From Patescibacteria group bacterium (GTDB lineage: Bacteria > Patescibacteriota > Microgenomatia > UBA8517): a stretch of DNA of 64,000 nucleotides. Both the position numbers and the translations under genes were made by a program. The first letter of the stretch is position 1. The number at the start of each line of letters is the position of its first letter. Below the pieces are notes generated by a model. That model saw only the letters and a list, made by a program, of their open reading frames with translations, searched no databases and was not told the DNA's origin. Location: assembly GCA_041499035.1 (NCBI GenBank), contig JBGQJK010000001.1, positions 12,314 to 76,313 of the forward strand, in the 5' to 3' direction. Positions 1-11,746 of this stretch are shown here, piece by piece.

Positions 1-2
1 CT

Positions 3-1607
3 CCAGGCAATGCAATTTCGCAGGCAAAAACACCCAATATGGATAAACTCGTTAGTCTCTACCCGAATGGGGAGCTTGTTGCTTCGGGCGAGTCGGTTGG
101 ACTCCCTGCAAATGAAGTAGGCAATACCGAAGTAGGGCACCTAAACCTTGGGGCTGGTCGAGTTGTTCTTCAAGACCTTAAAAGGATAAGTAAGGCAATC
201 AAAGACGGGGATTTTTTTCTGAACAAAGCTTTAAGAGATGCGGCCGCTCATACCGCTTTAACTAAATCAAAGATGCACATAATAGGTCTTGTAAGTAGCG
301 GCGAGGTCCATTCCGCTATGGATCATTTTTATGCCACTCTTGATTTTTGCAAAAAAGAGGGTGTCAAGGATGTCTACCTCCATCTTTTTACCGACGGGCG
401 GGATGCTCCGCCCAGCGAGGGTCTTACAATCATTAAAAAAGTTCAAGAACATGTAGACGGTGCCGGCCTTGGGGTAATAGCGACAATTATGGGCCGGTAC
501 TATGCAATGGACAGAGACCGAAGATGGGACAGAACACAGGCGGCATTTGAAGCTCTGGTGCGCGGCAAAGGTCAAACCGCTACTTCCGCCTCGGAAGCCC
601 TTCAAAAATCTTATGCAGCAGGCAAAACAGATGAGTTTGTTGAGCCGACAGTCATTTTAAATAGTCAGGGTGCGCCAACCGCGACAATTGGGGACAGTGA
701 TTCGGTAATATTTTTTAATTTCAGAATTGACCGGCCGCGGCAATTAACCATGGCCCTAACCGTTGCCGATTTTACAAAAGCCAATATTTTTTGGGAATTT
801 GACCCTTATGCCGTTAAATACGGTCAAAAACATGCAGATACAGGCTCCGAAGTTCAAAAGAACGAACCGTTTGCCCGCGGAAGGCTCCCTTCTAATTTGT
901 TTTTTGTGACAATGACTCAATATCAAAAAAATTTGCCGGTTAGCGGTGTTGCTTTCCCCCCAGAGGTTATTAAGAATGGACTTGCGGAAACACTGGCAGG
1001 GGCAAATATTCCTCAAATGCATATGGCAGAAAGCGAAAAGGAAAGGTTTGTAACATACTACTTTGACGGTCAAAGGGAAGAGAAGTTCCGGCTGGAAGAT
1101 ACTTTAATAGTTCCATCCCCACGAGTTGCAACTTATGACAAAAAACCTGAAATGTCGGTACTCGAACTTGCTTATGAAGTTAAAAAAGTGCTAAGCAAGG
1201 ACAAATATAAATTTATTGTTATAAATTTTGCCAATGTTGATATGGTAGCCCATACCGGACAAATTAAGCCTACTATACGGGCGGTAGAAGTAGTCGATAC
1301 GGCCGTTGGTGAGGTGTTTGAGGCGGTATTAGCGATTGGAGGGACCTTGGTTATTACTGCGGATCACGGCAACGGGGAAGAACTTTTAACATATCCTCCC
1401 GGCTCATATTTTTTTACAACAAGCCAGGGGGAAGTAAATACAGATCATTCCAACTATCCCGTTCCGGTTATTTTTGTTAGTGCCGCCTATCAGGGTAAAG
1501 TAAAGACCATTACCGGCGGTACCCTGGGGGATGTAGCCCCGACGATTCTTACAATTTTGGGTATAGCAAAACCCGAGGCCATGACGGGACGGAATTTGCT
1601 AGAATGA
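3..1607 (+). CDS. gpmI: 2,3-bisphosphoglycerate-independent phosphoglycerate mutase (5'-truncated by window)
   Basis: Frame open from window start (PGNAISQAKTPNM); motifs GNTEVGHLNLGAGR, GRYYAMDRD, FNFRIDR, DMVAHTG, TADHGN. Confidence 0.95.
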   Translation, partial: PGNAISQAKTPNMDKLVSLYPNGELVASGESVGLPANEVGNTEVGHLNLGAGRVVLQDLKRISKAIKDGDFFLNKALRDAAAHTALTKSKMHIIGLVSSGEVHSAMDHFYATLDFCKKEGVKDVYLHLFTDGRDAPPSEGLTIIKKVQEHVDGAGLGVIATIMGRYYAMDRDRRWDRTQAAFEALVRGKGQTATSASEALQKSYAAGKTDEFVEPTVILNSQGAPTATIGDSDSVIFFNFRIDRPRQLTMALTVADFTKANIFWEFDPYAVKYGQKHADTGSEVQKNEPFARGRLPSNLFFVTMTQYQKNLPVSGVAFPPEVIKNGLAETLAGANIPQMHMAESEKERFVTYYFDGQREEKFRLEDTLIVPSPRVATYDKKPEMSVLELAYEVKKVLSKDKYKFIVINFANVDMVAHTGQIKPTIRAVEVVDTAVGEVFEAVLAIGGTLVITADHGNGEELLTYPPGSYFFTTSQGEVNTDHSNYPVPVIFVSAAYQGKVKTITGGTLGDVAPTILTILGIAKPEAMTGRNLLE

Positions 1608-1631
1608 AATGTAAGCACGAATGAATACAAA

Positions 1632-2063
1632 ATGAAAAATCCGAACATTGAACTAAAAAGAGCCAGAAAGCGTGGGAGGGCCATAGTCGAAGAGGCTAAA
1701 ATTAAGGCCTTAAGTATTATTGTTCAAGCTTACGGCGAGGAAATCCAGAAAATTGCCGCCGAAATTGCTGTCGAATTTAAAAATGAGGCGCTTCTGGAGG
1801 TGAGCCGATTTAAAGAAGAGCTTGAAAAAAGAGTTCTTGTCACTGAAGATGCCGCAGAGAGAGTTCTCGACGCCGAGTTTGATGAAGTTAAGAAGGAGGT
1901 TCAATCCTACAAGCAGGCAAAAATAAGCCAAATTGATTCTCAGGCAAAAGAAGTTCTAATTGACGTTACCAAAAAAGTACTCGGCAAGTCCATTGATCTC
2001 CGGGCTCACGAAGATCTGGTTATTAAATCTCTCGAAGATGCAAAACGACAAAACCTGTTCTGA
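1632..2063 (+). CDS. atpF: ATP synthase subunit b-like coiled-coil protein lacking an N-terminal TM helix
   Basis: Position before delta/alpha; charged helical sequence; C-terminus IDVTKKVLGKSIDLRAHEDLV resembles subunit b. Confidence 0.6.
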   Translation: MKNPNIELKRARKRGRAIVEEAKIKALSIIVQAYGEEIQKIAAEIAVEFKNEALLEVSRFKEELEKRVLVTEDAAERVLDAEFDEVKKEVQSYKQAKISQIDSQAKEVLIDVTKKVLGKSIDLRAHEDLVIKSLEDAKRQNLF

Positions 2064-2490
2064 AATAGTTAATTCACTTGCCCGTACACGAGCGGAAGCT
2101 AATTTGCTGGTTGCCGAGGTGGAGACTCTTGAGCGCTCACTCTATAAAATCGGCGAGGCCGACTTTGACCATACCCTCGAAACTGGAGTGCGCGCCAAAA
2201 CTGCCTACGCGATCGGGCAAGCCGTTAAGGGGGGCAACCATTCTGCACTCCTAATTGAGCTTAAGGCAAAAATAAATAGCCTTACCTATTTAGGGCTTAG
2301 GATTGCTTTTGAACCTAATTTGGAGGCAGTAGGTAAGTTTTATACCTGGGTGCGGCAGAATATAGGCGAGGGAGTGGCTCTCGATATTGTAATTGATAAA
2401 ACCGTCCTGGGCGGCGCTGTAATTGAGTATAAGGGCAAAATAAAAAACTTTTCGGTGTTAACCCTGGTTAACCAGTACTTTACTAACTAA
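2038..2490 (+). CDS. atpH: ATP synthase delta-like subunit
   Basis: C-terminal IDKTVLGGAVIEYKGK (OSCP/delta motif); ATG 2038 preferred over 1960. Confidence 0.75.
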   Translation: MQNDKTCSEIVNSLARTRAEANLLVAEVETLERSLYKIGEADFDHTLETGVRAKTAYAIGQAVKGGNHSALLIELKAKINSLTYLGLRIAFEPNLEAVGKFYTWVRQNIGEGVALDIVIDKTVLGGAVIEYKGKIKNFSVLTLVNQYFTN

Positions 2491-2492
2491 TT

Positions 2493-3938
2493 ATGCTTAC
2501 TTTTGAAAAAGCCCTCCGCGACACCAGTGAGATTGGTACCGTTGTCGAAATTATTCATGTTCTGGCATTTGTGGAGGGGCTACCTGATGCCCGGATAGAC
2601 GAAATAGTCATTTTTGACAATGGAGAGATGGGGCAGGTTATTGCTATGAACGAGCACGTCGAGGTTCTCCTTTTGGGCAAGGGGGAGGTTAAGGTCGATT
2701 CAAAGGTCGGAAGAACCGGAAAGTTTTTGGATGTGGCGGTTGGACCGGAACTTCTCGGCAAGGTTATTGATCCACTCGGGAATTCACTCACTGAACCTTT
2801 TGTTATGGCCAACCCCGTTTACCATCCTATCGAGCGAATTCCCGATAAGATCCTCAACAGGGAAGTTATTCGTGAACCCCTTGTTACCGGGGTACCCATC
2901 GTTGACCTGGTTGTTCCACTGGGGAGGGGACAGCGGGAGCTTCTGGTCGGCGACCAAAAGACGGGCAAAACCGCGTTCCTACTGCAGACTGTTGTCAATC
3001 AGGCTTCCCATGGCAATATTTGTGTTTACTCGGCAATAGGCAAGAAACGGACTTCGATCAGGAGATTTATAGCCTATTTTAAAAGATGGGGGGTAGACAA
3101 AAATATTGTGATGGTAGCCTCGGGTTCTTCCGACTCTCCGGGACTCATATTTATTAATCCCTATGTTGCTATGACCATTGCCGAGTATTTTAGGGATTTG
3201 GGCCGCGATGTGGTTCTTATATTGGACGACCTCTCAACCCACGCAAAATATTATAGAGAAATAAGCCTTCTGGGAAAACGGTTTCCGGGCAGGAATTCAT
3301 ACCCCGGAGATATTTTTTATGTCCACAGTAGACTCTTGGAGCGGGCAGGCAAGTTTGTTAAAGGCTCAATTACGGCTCTGCCTGTAGTTGACACAATCCT
3401 TGGAGATCTGGCTGGATTTATTCAGACAAATGTTATGTCAATGACAGATGGACACCTTTTTTTTGATACGGAATACGCTAATTTGGGCAGGCACCCGGCG
3501 GTAAACCCTTTTTTATCGGTTACCCGTGTTGGTTTTCAGACTCAGACGGGACTCCTCCGTGACGTTAGCCGGCAGCTGGCTGCCTTTTTGGTAGAGCTGG
3601 AAAAACTCAGGCAGTTTTTGCATTTTGGGGCGGAGCTTTCCGAGAAGACTTTGAAAAGTATAGCTACGGGAGACAGACTGATTGCGTTTTTTAATCAGCC
3701 AACCGAAGTGGTGGTTCCACTGAACGTCAGTATTTTTGTTGTAGCCGCGATTATGGGCGGAGTATGGCGTGAAACCGAAATTGCAAAAATGAAACAAATT
3801 ATTGATATATTCCGAGATAGTTATATGAAGAAAGATGCATTTAGGTTAAATGTTGATAATGTTATAGCAAAATCTCAAAAACTTGAGGATTTGGTTCTTA
3901 ACATTAGGGATAATTCCGGGCCTTTTGAGCTATTATGA
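2493..3938 (+). CDS. atpA: F1 ATPase alpha subunit
   Basis: PLGRGQRELLVGDQKTGKT, DDLSTHA, YPGDIFYVHSRLLERA. Confidence 0.95.
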   Translation: MLTFEKALRDTSEIGTVVEIIHVLAFVEGLPDARIDEIVIFDNGEMGQVIAMNEHVEVLLLGKGEVKVDSKVGRTGKFLDVAVGPELLGKVIDPLGNSLTEPFVMANPVYHPIERIPDKILNREVIREPLVTGVPIVDLVVPLGRGQRELLVGDQKTGKTAFLLQTVVNQASHGNICVYSAIGKKRTSIRRFIAYFKRWGVDKNIVMVASGSSDSPGLIFINPYVAMTIAEYFRDLGRDVVLILDDLSTHAKYYREISLLGKRFPGRNSYPGDIFYVHSRLLERAGKFVKGSITALPVVDTILGDLAGFIQTNVMSMTDGHLFFDTEYANLGRHPAVNPFLSVTRVGFQTQTGLLRDVSRQLAAFLVELEKLRQFLHFGAELSEKTLKSIATGDRLIAFFNQPTEVVVPLNVSIFVVAAIMGGVWRETEIAKMKQIIDIFRDSYMKKDAFRLNVDNVIAKSQKLEDLVLNIRDNSGPFELL

Positions 3939-4801
3939 CAAAAAAAGAAATAAACGACAGGATAGAAACTCTGAGCATGCTCATTAGCTTGACCGAAGCA
4001 TACTCCGAAGTCTCATCGGAAAGAATGAAACGGATCCGCGCGGGAGTGGTCACCAGCAGGGATTTTTTGGCCTCGATTGATGCAATTTTCAGGGAGCTTA
4101 GAAATTCCCAGAAACGAGAGGTGGCGCGCATCGGAAGATCACGGGGAGGCAAGGGTCTTGTTACTTTTCTGGCTCACAACGGTAAAACAGCCTCAGTGTT
4201 TGTTGCATCAAATGCAGGTCTTTATGGAGACATTATAAGCCGGGTATTCAGTAGTTTCCTAACCGAGGTGCGGGCCAAAAACACCGAGGTAACCATTATC
4301 GGCAAGTTCGGTTTGAGTCTGTTTTTGTCCGCGGAACCCAGGCGTCCTTATACTTATTTTGACTATCCCGACTATGGCGATAGCCAGGAGGATCTGGCTC
4401 TAATCACCAGGCACCTGGTTAGTTATGAGCAGATTCACATTTTCTACGGCAAATTCAGAAATCTGGCATATCAGGAGCCCGTAACTGCTACAATTGCCGC
4501 CGAAACTGAGCTAGGCAAAGAGGAACCGGGCGCCAAAATTACCAAATACTTGTTTGAACCGGATCTTAGCGAAATTTTGGCTTTCTTTGAAGGGGAGATG
4601 TTTACATCAACTTTTGAACAGGCGCTTAGGGAATCTCAACTTGCCAAATATTCCTCAAGAATGATTTCTATGGACAAAGCGGGGGAAAAGGTCAAAGACG
4701 AGCTAAAAAAGGTACGACTGGATCATTTAAAGATGACCCACTACATTGCCGATAAAAAGCAGCAAAGCATGTTTGGTAGTTTTCATCTTTGGGGAACATA
4801 A
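3935..4801 (+). CDS. atpG: F1 ATPase gamma subunit
   Basis: Between alpha and beta; SNAGLYG, YLFEP, SSRMISMDKA motifs. Confidence 0.9.
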   Translation: MTKKEINDRIETLSMLISLTEAYSEVSSERMKRIRAGVVTSRDFLASIDAIFRELRNSQKREVARIGRSRGGKGLVTFLAHNGKTASVFVASNAGLYGDIISRVFSSFLTEVRAKNTEVTIIGKFGLSLFLSAEPRRPYTYFDYPDYGDSQEDLALITRHLVSYEQIHIFYGKFRNLAYQEPVTATIAAETELGKEEPGAKITKYLFEPDLSEILAFFEGEMFTSTFEQALRESQLAKYSSRMISMDKAGEKVKDELKKVRLDHLKMTHYIADKKQQSMFGSFHLWGT

Positions 4802-4807
4802 GGCTGA

Positions 4808-6446
<1,639 letters not shown>

Positions 6447-6491
6447 TTGGCCACTCTGATTTATGAAATCCTCGTGGTAAAATAGGCTTTA

Positions 6492-7778
6492 ATGGATTAC
6501 AAATTACAGACTTTAAGCTCGGGGCTTCGGCTTCTGACAGTTCCCATGCCGGGGCTTGAATCGGTTACAGTCACTGTTTGGGTTAAAACGGGATCGCGCT
6601 TCGAAGAAGCAAAAGTTAGCGGCATTTCCCACTTTCTGGAGCATATGGTTTTTAAGGGTAGTAAAAAACGCCCCAGCGCCAAGGCAATTTCCGAGATAGT
6701 GGATTCCATTGGTGGTGAATTTAATGCCGGAACTAGTAAAGACTGGACAAATTTTTATATTAAAACCAGGGTAGGGAACATCGAAACCGCAATGGACGTG
6801 TTAGCCGATATGGTTTTAAATCCTCTATTAAAACCGGAAGAGATTGAAAGAGAAAAAGGCACGATTATCCAAGAAATTGCCATGTATGAAGACACGCCCA
6901 TGATGCATATCGGCGATGTTTTTGAAGAACTGGCTTTTGCAGGGAACCCCTTGGGTTGGGACACGGCGGGGACCCAGAAAACCGTTAAAGCGATTAAAAG
7001 AAATGATTTTCTGCGATATAGATTGATACATTATCATCCTGATCAAATGATGGTATCGGTGGTTGGGGGAATAACTGAAAATATTTCAAAGAAACTAACA
7101 GAAAAGTATTTTCAGAATTTCCAATTTCCAAATTCCAAGTTTCAATCAAATTCTAATTTCCAAAATTTCAAAAATAAACAAGCCAAGTCTCAATTAAAAC
7201 TTCAAACTAAAAAGTCAGAGCAGGCGCATTTGATATTGGGTTTTATATCCGAGGGCCGTAATTATGAAGGGCGCTTTGCCCAGAGTCTCCTGGCAACAAT
7301 CTTAGGTGGCGGTATGAGTTCCAGAATGTTTATAGAAGTCCGGGAACGTAGGGGTTTGGCCTATTCAATCAGGACTGGAGTAGACAGATATCAGGAGGTG
7401 GGCTACCTTTCTACATACGCAGGCGTAAGCGTAGATAAAGCACCTGAGGCGGTAAAAATAATACTTGAAGAGCAATATAAGCTTGCGGGAGGGGCTAAGC
7501 CCATTGGAAAACCGGAGCTCCGGAAAGCCAAGGAGTATCTTAAAGGCCATCTGGCATTGGCGCTGGAAGACACTAAAGATGTAACCGCTTTTTTTGCCGA
7601 TCAGGCATTATTTGCCAAAGAAATGTTGACTCCCGAGGAGGTCTACAAAAAAGTCGACAAAGTCACTATTGAAGATGTCCTAACTGAAGCTAAAAAGCTT
7701 TTCGTTCCTGCAAAATTGAACCTGGCCATAATTGGTCCTTTCACAGAAAAGGAAAAATTTGTACAATTGCTCCGATGA
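6492..7778 (+). CDS. M16 (pitrilysin) family zinc peptidase
   Basis: HFLEH (HxxEH), GGGMSSRMF..VRERRGLAYSI. Confidence 0.95.
   Translation: MDYKLQTLSSGLRLLTVPMPGLESVTVTVWVKTGSRFEEAKVSGISHFLEHMVFKGSKKRPSAKAISEIVDSIGGEFNAGTSKDWTNFYIKTRVGNIETAMDVLADMVLNPLLKPEEIEREKGTIIQEIAMYEDTPMMHIGDVFEELAFAGNPLGWDTAGTQKTVKAIKRNDFLRYRLIHYHPDQMMVSVVGGITENISKKLTEKYFQNFQFPNSKFQSNSNFQNFKNKQAKSQLKLQTKKSEQAHLILGFISEGRNYEGRFAQSLLATILGGGMSSRMFIEVRERRGLAYSIRTGVDRYQEVGYLSTYAGVSVDKAPEAVKIILEEQYKLAGGAKPIGKPELRKAKEYLKGHLALALEDTKDVTAFFADQALFAKEMLTPEEVYKKVDKVTIEDVLTEAKKLFVPAKLNLAIIGPFTEKEKFVQLLR
7116..7172. repeat. Degenerate heptamer tandem repeat (AATTTCC-like) in-frame within M16 peptidase
   Basis: aatttcc aatttcc aaattcc aagtttc...; encodes NFQFPNSKFQSNSNFQNFK. 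Confidence 0.75.
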
Positions 7779-8839
7779 AAGGCCTGGAATTCCCTGTAGT
7801 CGGCACAAAAGTTAATGGTTTAACCAAAAAGTTTGACATTAATAGCCCCTCAGGCCGCAGCGCTTATTTCGAAGCGAAAGCGGGGGACGAAATTCGCACG
7901 ATCAAAAAGTATTTGGACAAAAATACTTTTGTGGCCTACCTTATAGGCAAGAAAAACTCCGGAAAAGGAACTTATTCCCAGATTTTTACGGAAATTTTTG
8001 GCGCTGACAAAGTCGCGCTGGTTTCGATTGGCGACGTTGTCCGTAATGTAAGTTCGGATTGGGATAATTTTAAGAAATCGGAAAAATATGACCGCCTCAA
8101 AAGTCTCTATAGAGGCTATATTTCGTTTGAGGATGCTTGCAATGCTCTGACAGGCAGGTCCCAGTCAAAATTACTGCCAACCGAGTTTATTCTGGCGCTT
8201 CTGAAGCTGACCATTGAAGACCTTAAAGGCAAAACAATATTTATTGACGGACTCCCGAGGGAGCTGGATCAGGTTTCCTATTCTCTATATTTTCGCGATT
8301 TGATCGGCTATAGGGATGATCCTGACATGTTTATTCTGATTGATATTCCCGAGTCTGTAATCGATGAGAGAATTAAATACCGTGTAGTTTGCCCCAATTG
8401 CAAAAATACCAGGAATATTAAGCTACTTATTACCAATAAGTATCAGTATGATGCAAAAACCAAACAGTTCTATTTGCTCTGTGACAGCCCGCGTTGCAGC
8501 GGGGGATTTCGGATGGAGCCCAAAGAAGGGGATAGCCTTGGGATTGGCCCGATCCGCGACCGCTTGAATAAAGATGAGGAAATTTTAAGAAAAGCTTTTG
8601 CGCTTCATGGAATCCCGAAAATCCTTTTGAGAAATCATGTTGCCCAGGCCGATTCTTTAAAATATTTCGACGATTATGAAATAACTCCGGAATATTCTTT
8701 CAAGCTGAATAAAGGTAGGGTTCAAGTTATAGAAAAGCCCTGGACAATAAAGGACGACAATGGAACACTTTCAGTTAGCCTCCTTTCGGCACCCGTAGTT
8801 GTCTCCATGCTCAAACAGATTGCGGAAGTCCTCTCATAA
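7775..8839 (+). CDS. Adenylate/nucleoside monophosphate kinase-like protein with Zn-lid
   Basis: GKKNSGKGT P-loop, SIGDVVR, FIDGLPR, RVVCPNC...CDSPRC. Confidence 0.75.
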   Translation: MKGLEFPVVGTKVNGLTKKFDINSPSGRSAYFEAKAGDEIRTIKKYLDKNTFVAYLIGKKNSGKGTYSQIFTEIFGADKVALVSIGDVVRNVSSDWDNFKKSEKYDRLKSLYRGYISFEDACNALTGRSQSKLLPTEFILALLKLTIEDLKGKTIFIDGLPRELDQVSYSLYFRDLIGYRDDPDMFILIDIPESVIDERIKYRVVCPNCKNTRNIKLLITNKYQYDAKTKQFYLLCDSPRCSGGFRMEPKEGDSLGIGPIRDRLNKDEEILRKAFALHGIPKILLRNHVAQADSLKYFDDYEITPEYSFKLNKGRVQVIEKPWTIKDDNGTLSVSLLSAPVVVSMLKQIAEVLS

Positions 8840-8851
8840 TAATTTCTCGGG

Positions 8852-8923
8852 TCGGGGTGCTGGGAATTGAACCCAGTGTCTTTACGTCCCGAACGTAACG
8901 TGATACCGATTCACTACACCCCG
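8852..8923 (-). tRNA. tRNA-Pro(CGG)
   Basis: Cloverleaf CGGGGTG..CACCCCG; anticodon arm TTACG-TTCGGGA-CGTAA; T-loop GGTTCAATTCC. Confidence 0.93.
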
Positions 8924-8927
8924 GTTG

Positions 8928-8999
8928 TGCCCTCGGAGGGAATTGAACCTCCATCTTACCCTTAGGACGGGTCTGCTCTGTCCGTTGAGCTACGAGGGC
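8928..8999 (-). tRNA. tRNA-Arg(CCT)
   Basis: GCCCTCG..CGAGGGC; anticodon arm ACCC-GTCCTAA-GGGT. Confidence 0.9.
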
Positions 9000-9040
9000 A
9001 AGTTAACGAGCCTCAAGCTAAATTATATCACGATCGGAGC

Positions 9041-10255
9041 TTACTTGATTGTGAGTGTGTAAAGGTTAGGGGATGCCGTTCCGGCTCCCAGGTTGGTCAG
9101 AATTAGAAGTCTTGTTGTATTATTGAACGGGAAAGCAAAGGAACCTATATACGAACCCGAATAGACGGTTTCTTTATTTGTTCCGTCATAATCCATAATT
9201 ACTACCTGCCCGGGTTGGGCCAGCAAGAGCTGACGGCTGGTAGACATCCAGCGCAAAGCCGGAGTTTGTGAGCTATTAACTGTTAACTGTTGACTGTTTA
9301 GTATTACTTCTTGATTTGTTATCAAAAAATTACGATCTTCTTTGATATCATAAATATAGGTATGACCACTTTGAACTGCCCTTTCCTGTTTTTGGGTGGA
9401 GGCCCCGGGGAGCGGTTTTATTAAGTTATCCGATAAAGTGCCCGAGCCGCTGGCGGTATAAAGGATCATGTTTGCGTCCGGAGAAAAAACGAAATCGCGG
9501 GTTTTGCGGGTTAAAATGTCGGTTAGTTCTGGCGGCAAATTCCTAATTAGGCTAGTATCTTTTACCGACTTTTCCTGTTGCCATTCCGTAATAGTTGCGG
9601 CCTTCTGGCTTGCAATGTTTACCCTTTGATTTTGAGGGGTAAATAAACCGGTATCGAGTACAGATATACCGTTTGATGTTGTTAGCATTATCTGTCTGCC
9701 GTCAGGTGAAAACGAATAACTGGCGTTTGTCAGGTCCCCGTCTGTAATTCGCCTCGGGTCATTGGAAAATCCTAAAGGGAGCGAGAACGTGTCGAGTGTC
9801 CAAAGACCGATTTTATCATCAGTAACGCCGTCACCGGGGAGAACAGTATAGGTAATCTTGCCCCCGTCGGGTGACATTAAGGGGTTTGAGGCTCCAGAGA
9901 AAGTTGCGGGGGAAAGGGATGGAACGTTCCTAAAAAGTGAGACAGTAGCCTGGGTCACAATCTCCTTATCAATTGTCAGGCGTTTGTACCAGCTAAAATA
10001 ACCGTCCTTCCTTACTTCGACGTCGTAAACACCGGGGGAGAGTGAGACTGTTGCGTTTGTGGCAGTTTTCAGGCTACCGTCAATCAGTACCGAAGCTCCG
10101 TCAGGCTCCGACTTAATTACCAGGATTCCGTTTGGCTGGAATTTAAGACTTCTAAAATCAAATCTGTAGCCTCTGGCATAATATGACACAAAAGCCCCGA
10201 CCGTACCAACTATTAATATACTTACGATAAAGGCAAGGAGGCGGATTCTAGCCAT
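9041..10255 (-). CDS. Membrane-anchored PEGA domain / beta-propeller (TolB-like) protein
   Basis: N-terminal TM; IKSEPDGASVLIDG..PGVYDVEVRKDGY (PEGA); repeated SPDG motifs. Confidence 0.8.
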   Translation of the reverse strand: MARIRLLAFIVSILIVGTVGAFVSYYARGYRFDFRSLKFQPNGILVIKSEPDGASVLIDGSLKTATNATVSLSPGVYDVEVRKDGYFSWYKRLTIDKEIVTQATVSLFRNVPSLSPATFSGASNPLMSPDGGKITYTVLPGDGVTDDKIGLWTLDTFSLPLGFSNDPRRITDGDLTNASYSFSPDGRQIMLTTSNGISVLDTGLFTPQNQRVNIASQKAATITEWQQEKSVKDTSLIRNLPPELTDILTRKTRDFVFSPDANMILYTASGSGTLSDNLIKPLPGASTQKQERAVQSGHTYIYDIKEDRNFLITNQEVILNSQQLTVNSSQTPALRWMSTSRQLLLAQPGQVVIMDYDGTNKETVYSGSYIGSFAFPFNNTTRLLILTNLGAGTASPNLYTLTIK

Positions 10256-10327
10256 AGTCTATTATACCAGACTTGGCGTTTATCTGATCTGTTATAATCC
10301 TTTTATCCCGCTGTCGGGTGAACATCC

Positions 10328-11335
10328 ATGCTTAGGAAAAATATTGCTATTGATCTCGGCACTGCCAATACTCTGGTTTGGGTAGCCGGGGTAGGTTTAA
10401 TCGTAAACGAACCGACGGTTGTGGCTATATCTTCTGAGGATAACAAAGTTGTTGCTGTGGGAGAGGAGGCAAAATTGATGCTGGGGAGGACCCCGGAAGC
10501 CTTGATCGCAAGTAGGCCCATGCGAGACGGTGTTATCGCTGACTATCAGGTAACCGAGGCCATGCTCAGGTATTTTATAGGCAAAGTTACGGGCAGATTC
10601 CAGTTTTTTAAGCCTGAAGTCATGGTCTGCGTGCCTGCAGGGTGCACTCAAGTTGAGAGGCGAGCCGCTCTTGACGCGACTCTTTCCGCCGGTGCCGCGC
10701 ATGCATATTTGATTGATGAACCTCTGGCGGCCGCGATTGGGGCAGGAATACCCGTTTCCGCTCCCTCGGGGCACATGATTGTCGATATCGGTGGAGGCTC
10801 TACCGAGGCTGCCGTAATTTCGCTAGGAGGCGTTGTTACTCACAAATCGGTACGCGTGGCCGGGAATAAGATCGACGAAGCTATTCAAAGCCATCTTAAA
10901 AAGAAGCATAATTTAATTGTGGGGGATACTACTGCGGAAGACATTAAGCTCAAAATCGGCTCGGCAACCCTTCTGGCCAAGGAGGAGAAATTGGAAATTT
11001 CCGGACGCGATCTGGTCTTTGGACTCCCAAGGAGCGTAGTCATAACCAGCAACGAAATTTGCGAAGCTATTAAACCTGTTCTAATGCAAATAATCGGAGG
11101 AGTTAAAGCAGTTTTAGAAGATACGCCGCCGGAACTGGCGGCGGACATTATAGATAAGGGGATTGTAATGAGCGGCGGAACTTCGACGCTCAGGAATTTT
11201 GATAAACTCATGACGGAAGAGACCGGCGTTCCCGCGCACGTTGCGGACGAGCCGCTACTCTGCGTTGTCCGGGGCACAGGGCTGGTGCTTGAAAACATTG
11301 AGCTTTGGAAGAGGAGTATTACCAACAAAAGATAA
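10328..11335 (+). CDS. mreB: Rod shape-determining actin MreB
   Basis: IDLGTANTL, RPMRDGVIAD, EPLAAAIGAG, VDIGGGSTE. Confidence 0.97.
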   Translation: MLRKNIAIDLGTANTLVWVAGVGLIVNEPTVVAISSEDNKVVAVGEEAKLMLGRTPEALIASRPMRDGVIADYQVTEAMLRYFIGKVTGRFQFFKPEVMVCVPAGCTQVERRAALDATLSAGAAHAYLIDEPLAAAIGAGIPVSAPSGHMIVDIGGGSTEAAVISLGGVVTHKSVRVAGNKIDEAIQSHLKKKHNLIVGDTTAEDIKLKIGSATLLAKEEKLEISGRDLVFGLPRSVVITSNEICEAIKPVLMQIIGGVKAVLEDTPPELAADIIDKGIVMSGGTSTLRNFDKLMTEETGVPAHVADEPLLCVVRGTGLVLENIELWKRSITNKR

Positions 11336-11746
11336 TATAGGGTATATCTATAAATAGGGAAGAGTTTGTATTATAGGTAAAATATATCAATAATATGAGA
11401 GATGATATAAAGTCCGATGCCCCGGGAAATAGAATAATTTGGCGAGCTAAGGTATTTTTCTTATAGTATTAATAATATTCTGTAAATAATTGCGGATAGA
11501 TTGAGGATAAATGATTATAATTAAAGCAAAAAAAAGAGCTAATAAATTGCTCAAAAATGTGTATTTAAAGTAATTTTGTTTTAATAAATTTACCCTGTAG
11601 TTTAATTATATTAATAGTGAAAATGACAGAATTGTCAGCAAAATATATCAATTAATATAGGATAAATCGAAATGCGGGAAAAGTAGAGCCAGTAATACAA
11701 AAACTCTGAATTATAAGATAGATGGTAAAAATTTTACAAAAAATTA

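Noticed and set aside
1605-1634. gpmI TGA is in-frame with atpF, suggesting UGA=Gly recoding or a fusion
   Set aside because: Many conserved genes (atpA, atpD, uppS, rnhB) end at TGA at expected lengths, consistent with code 11
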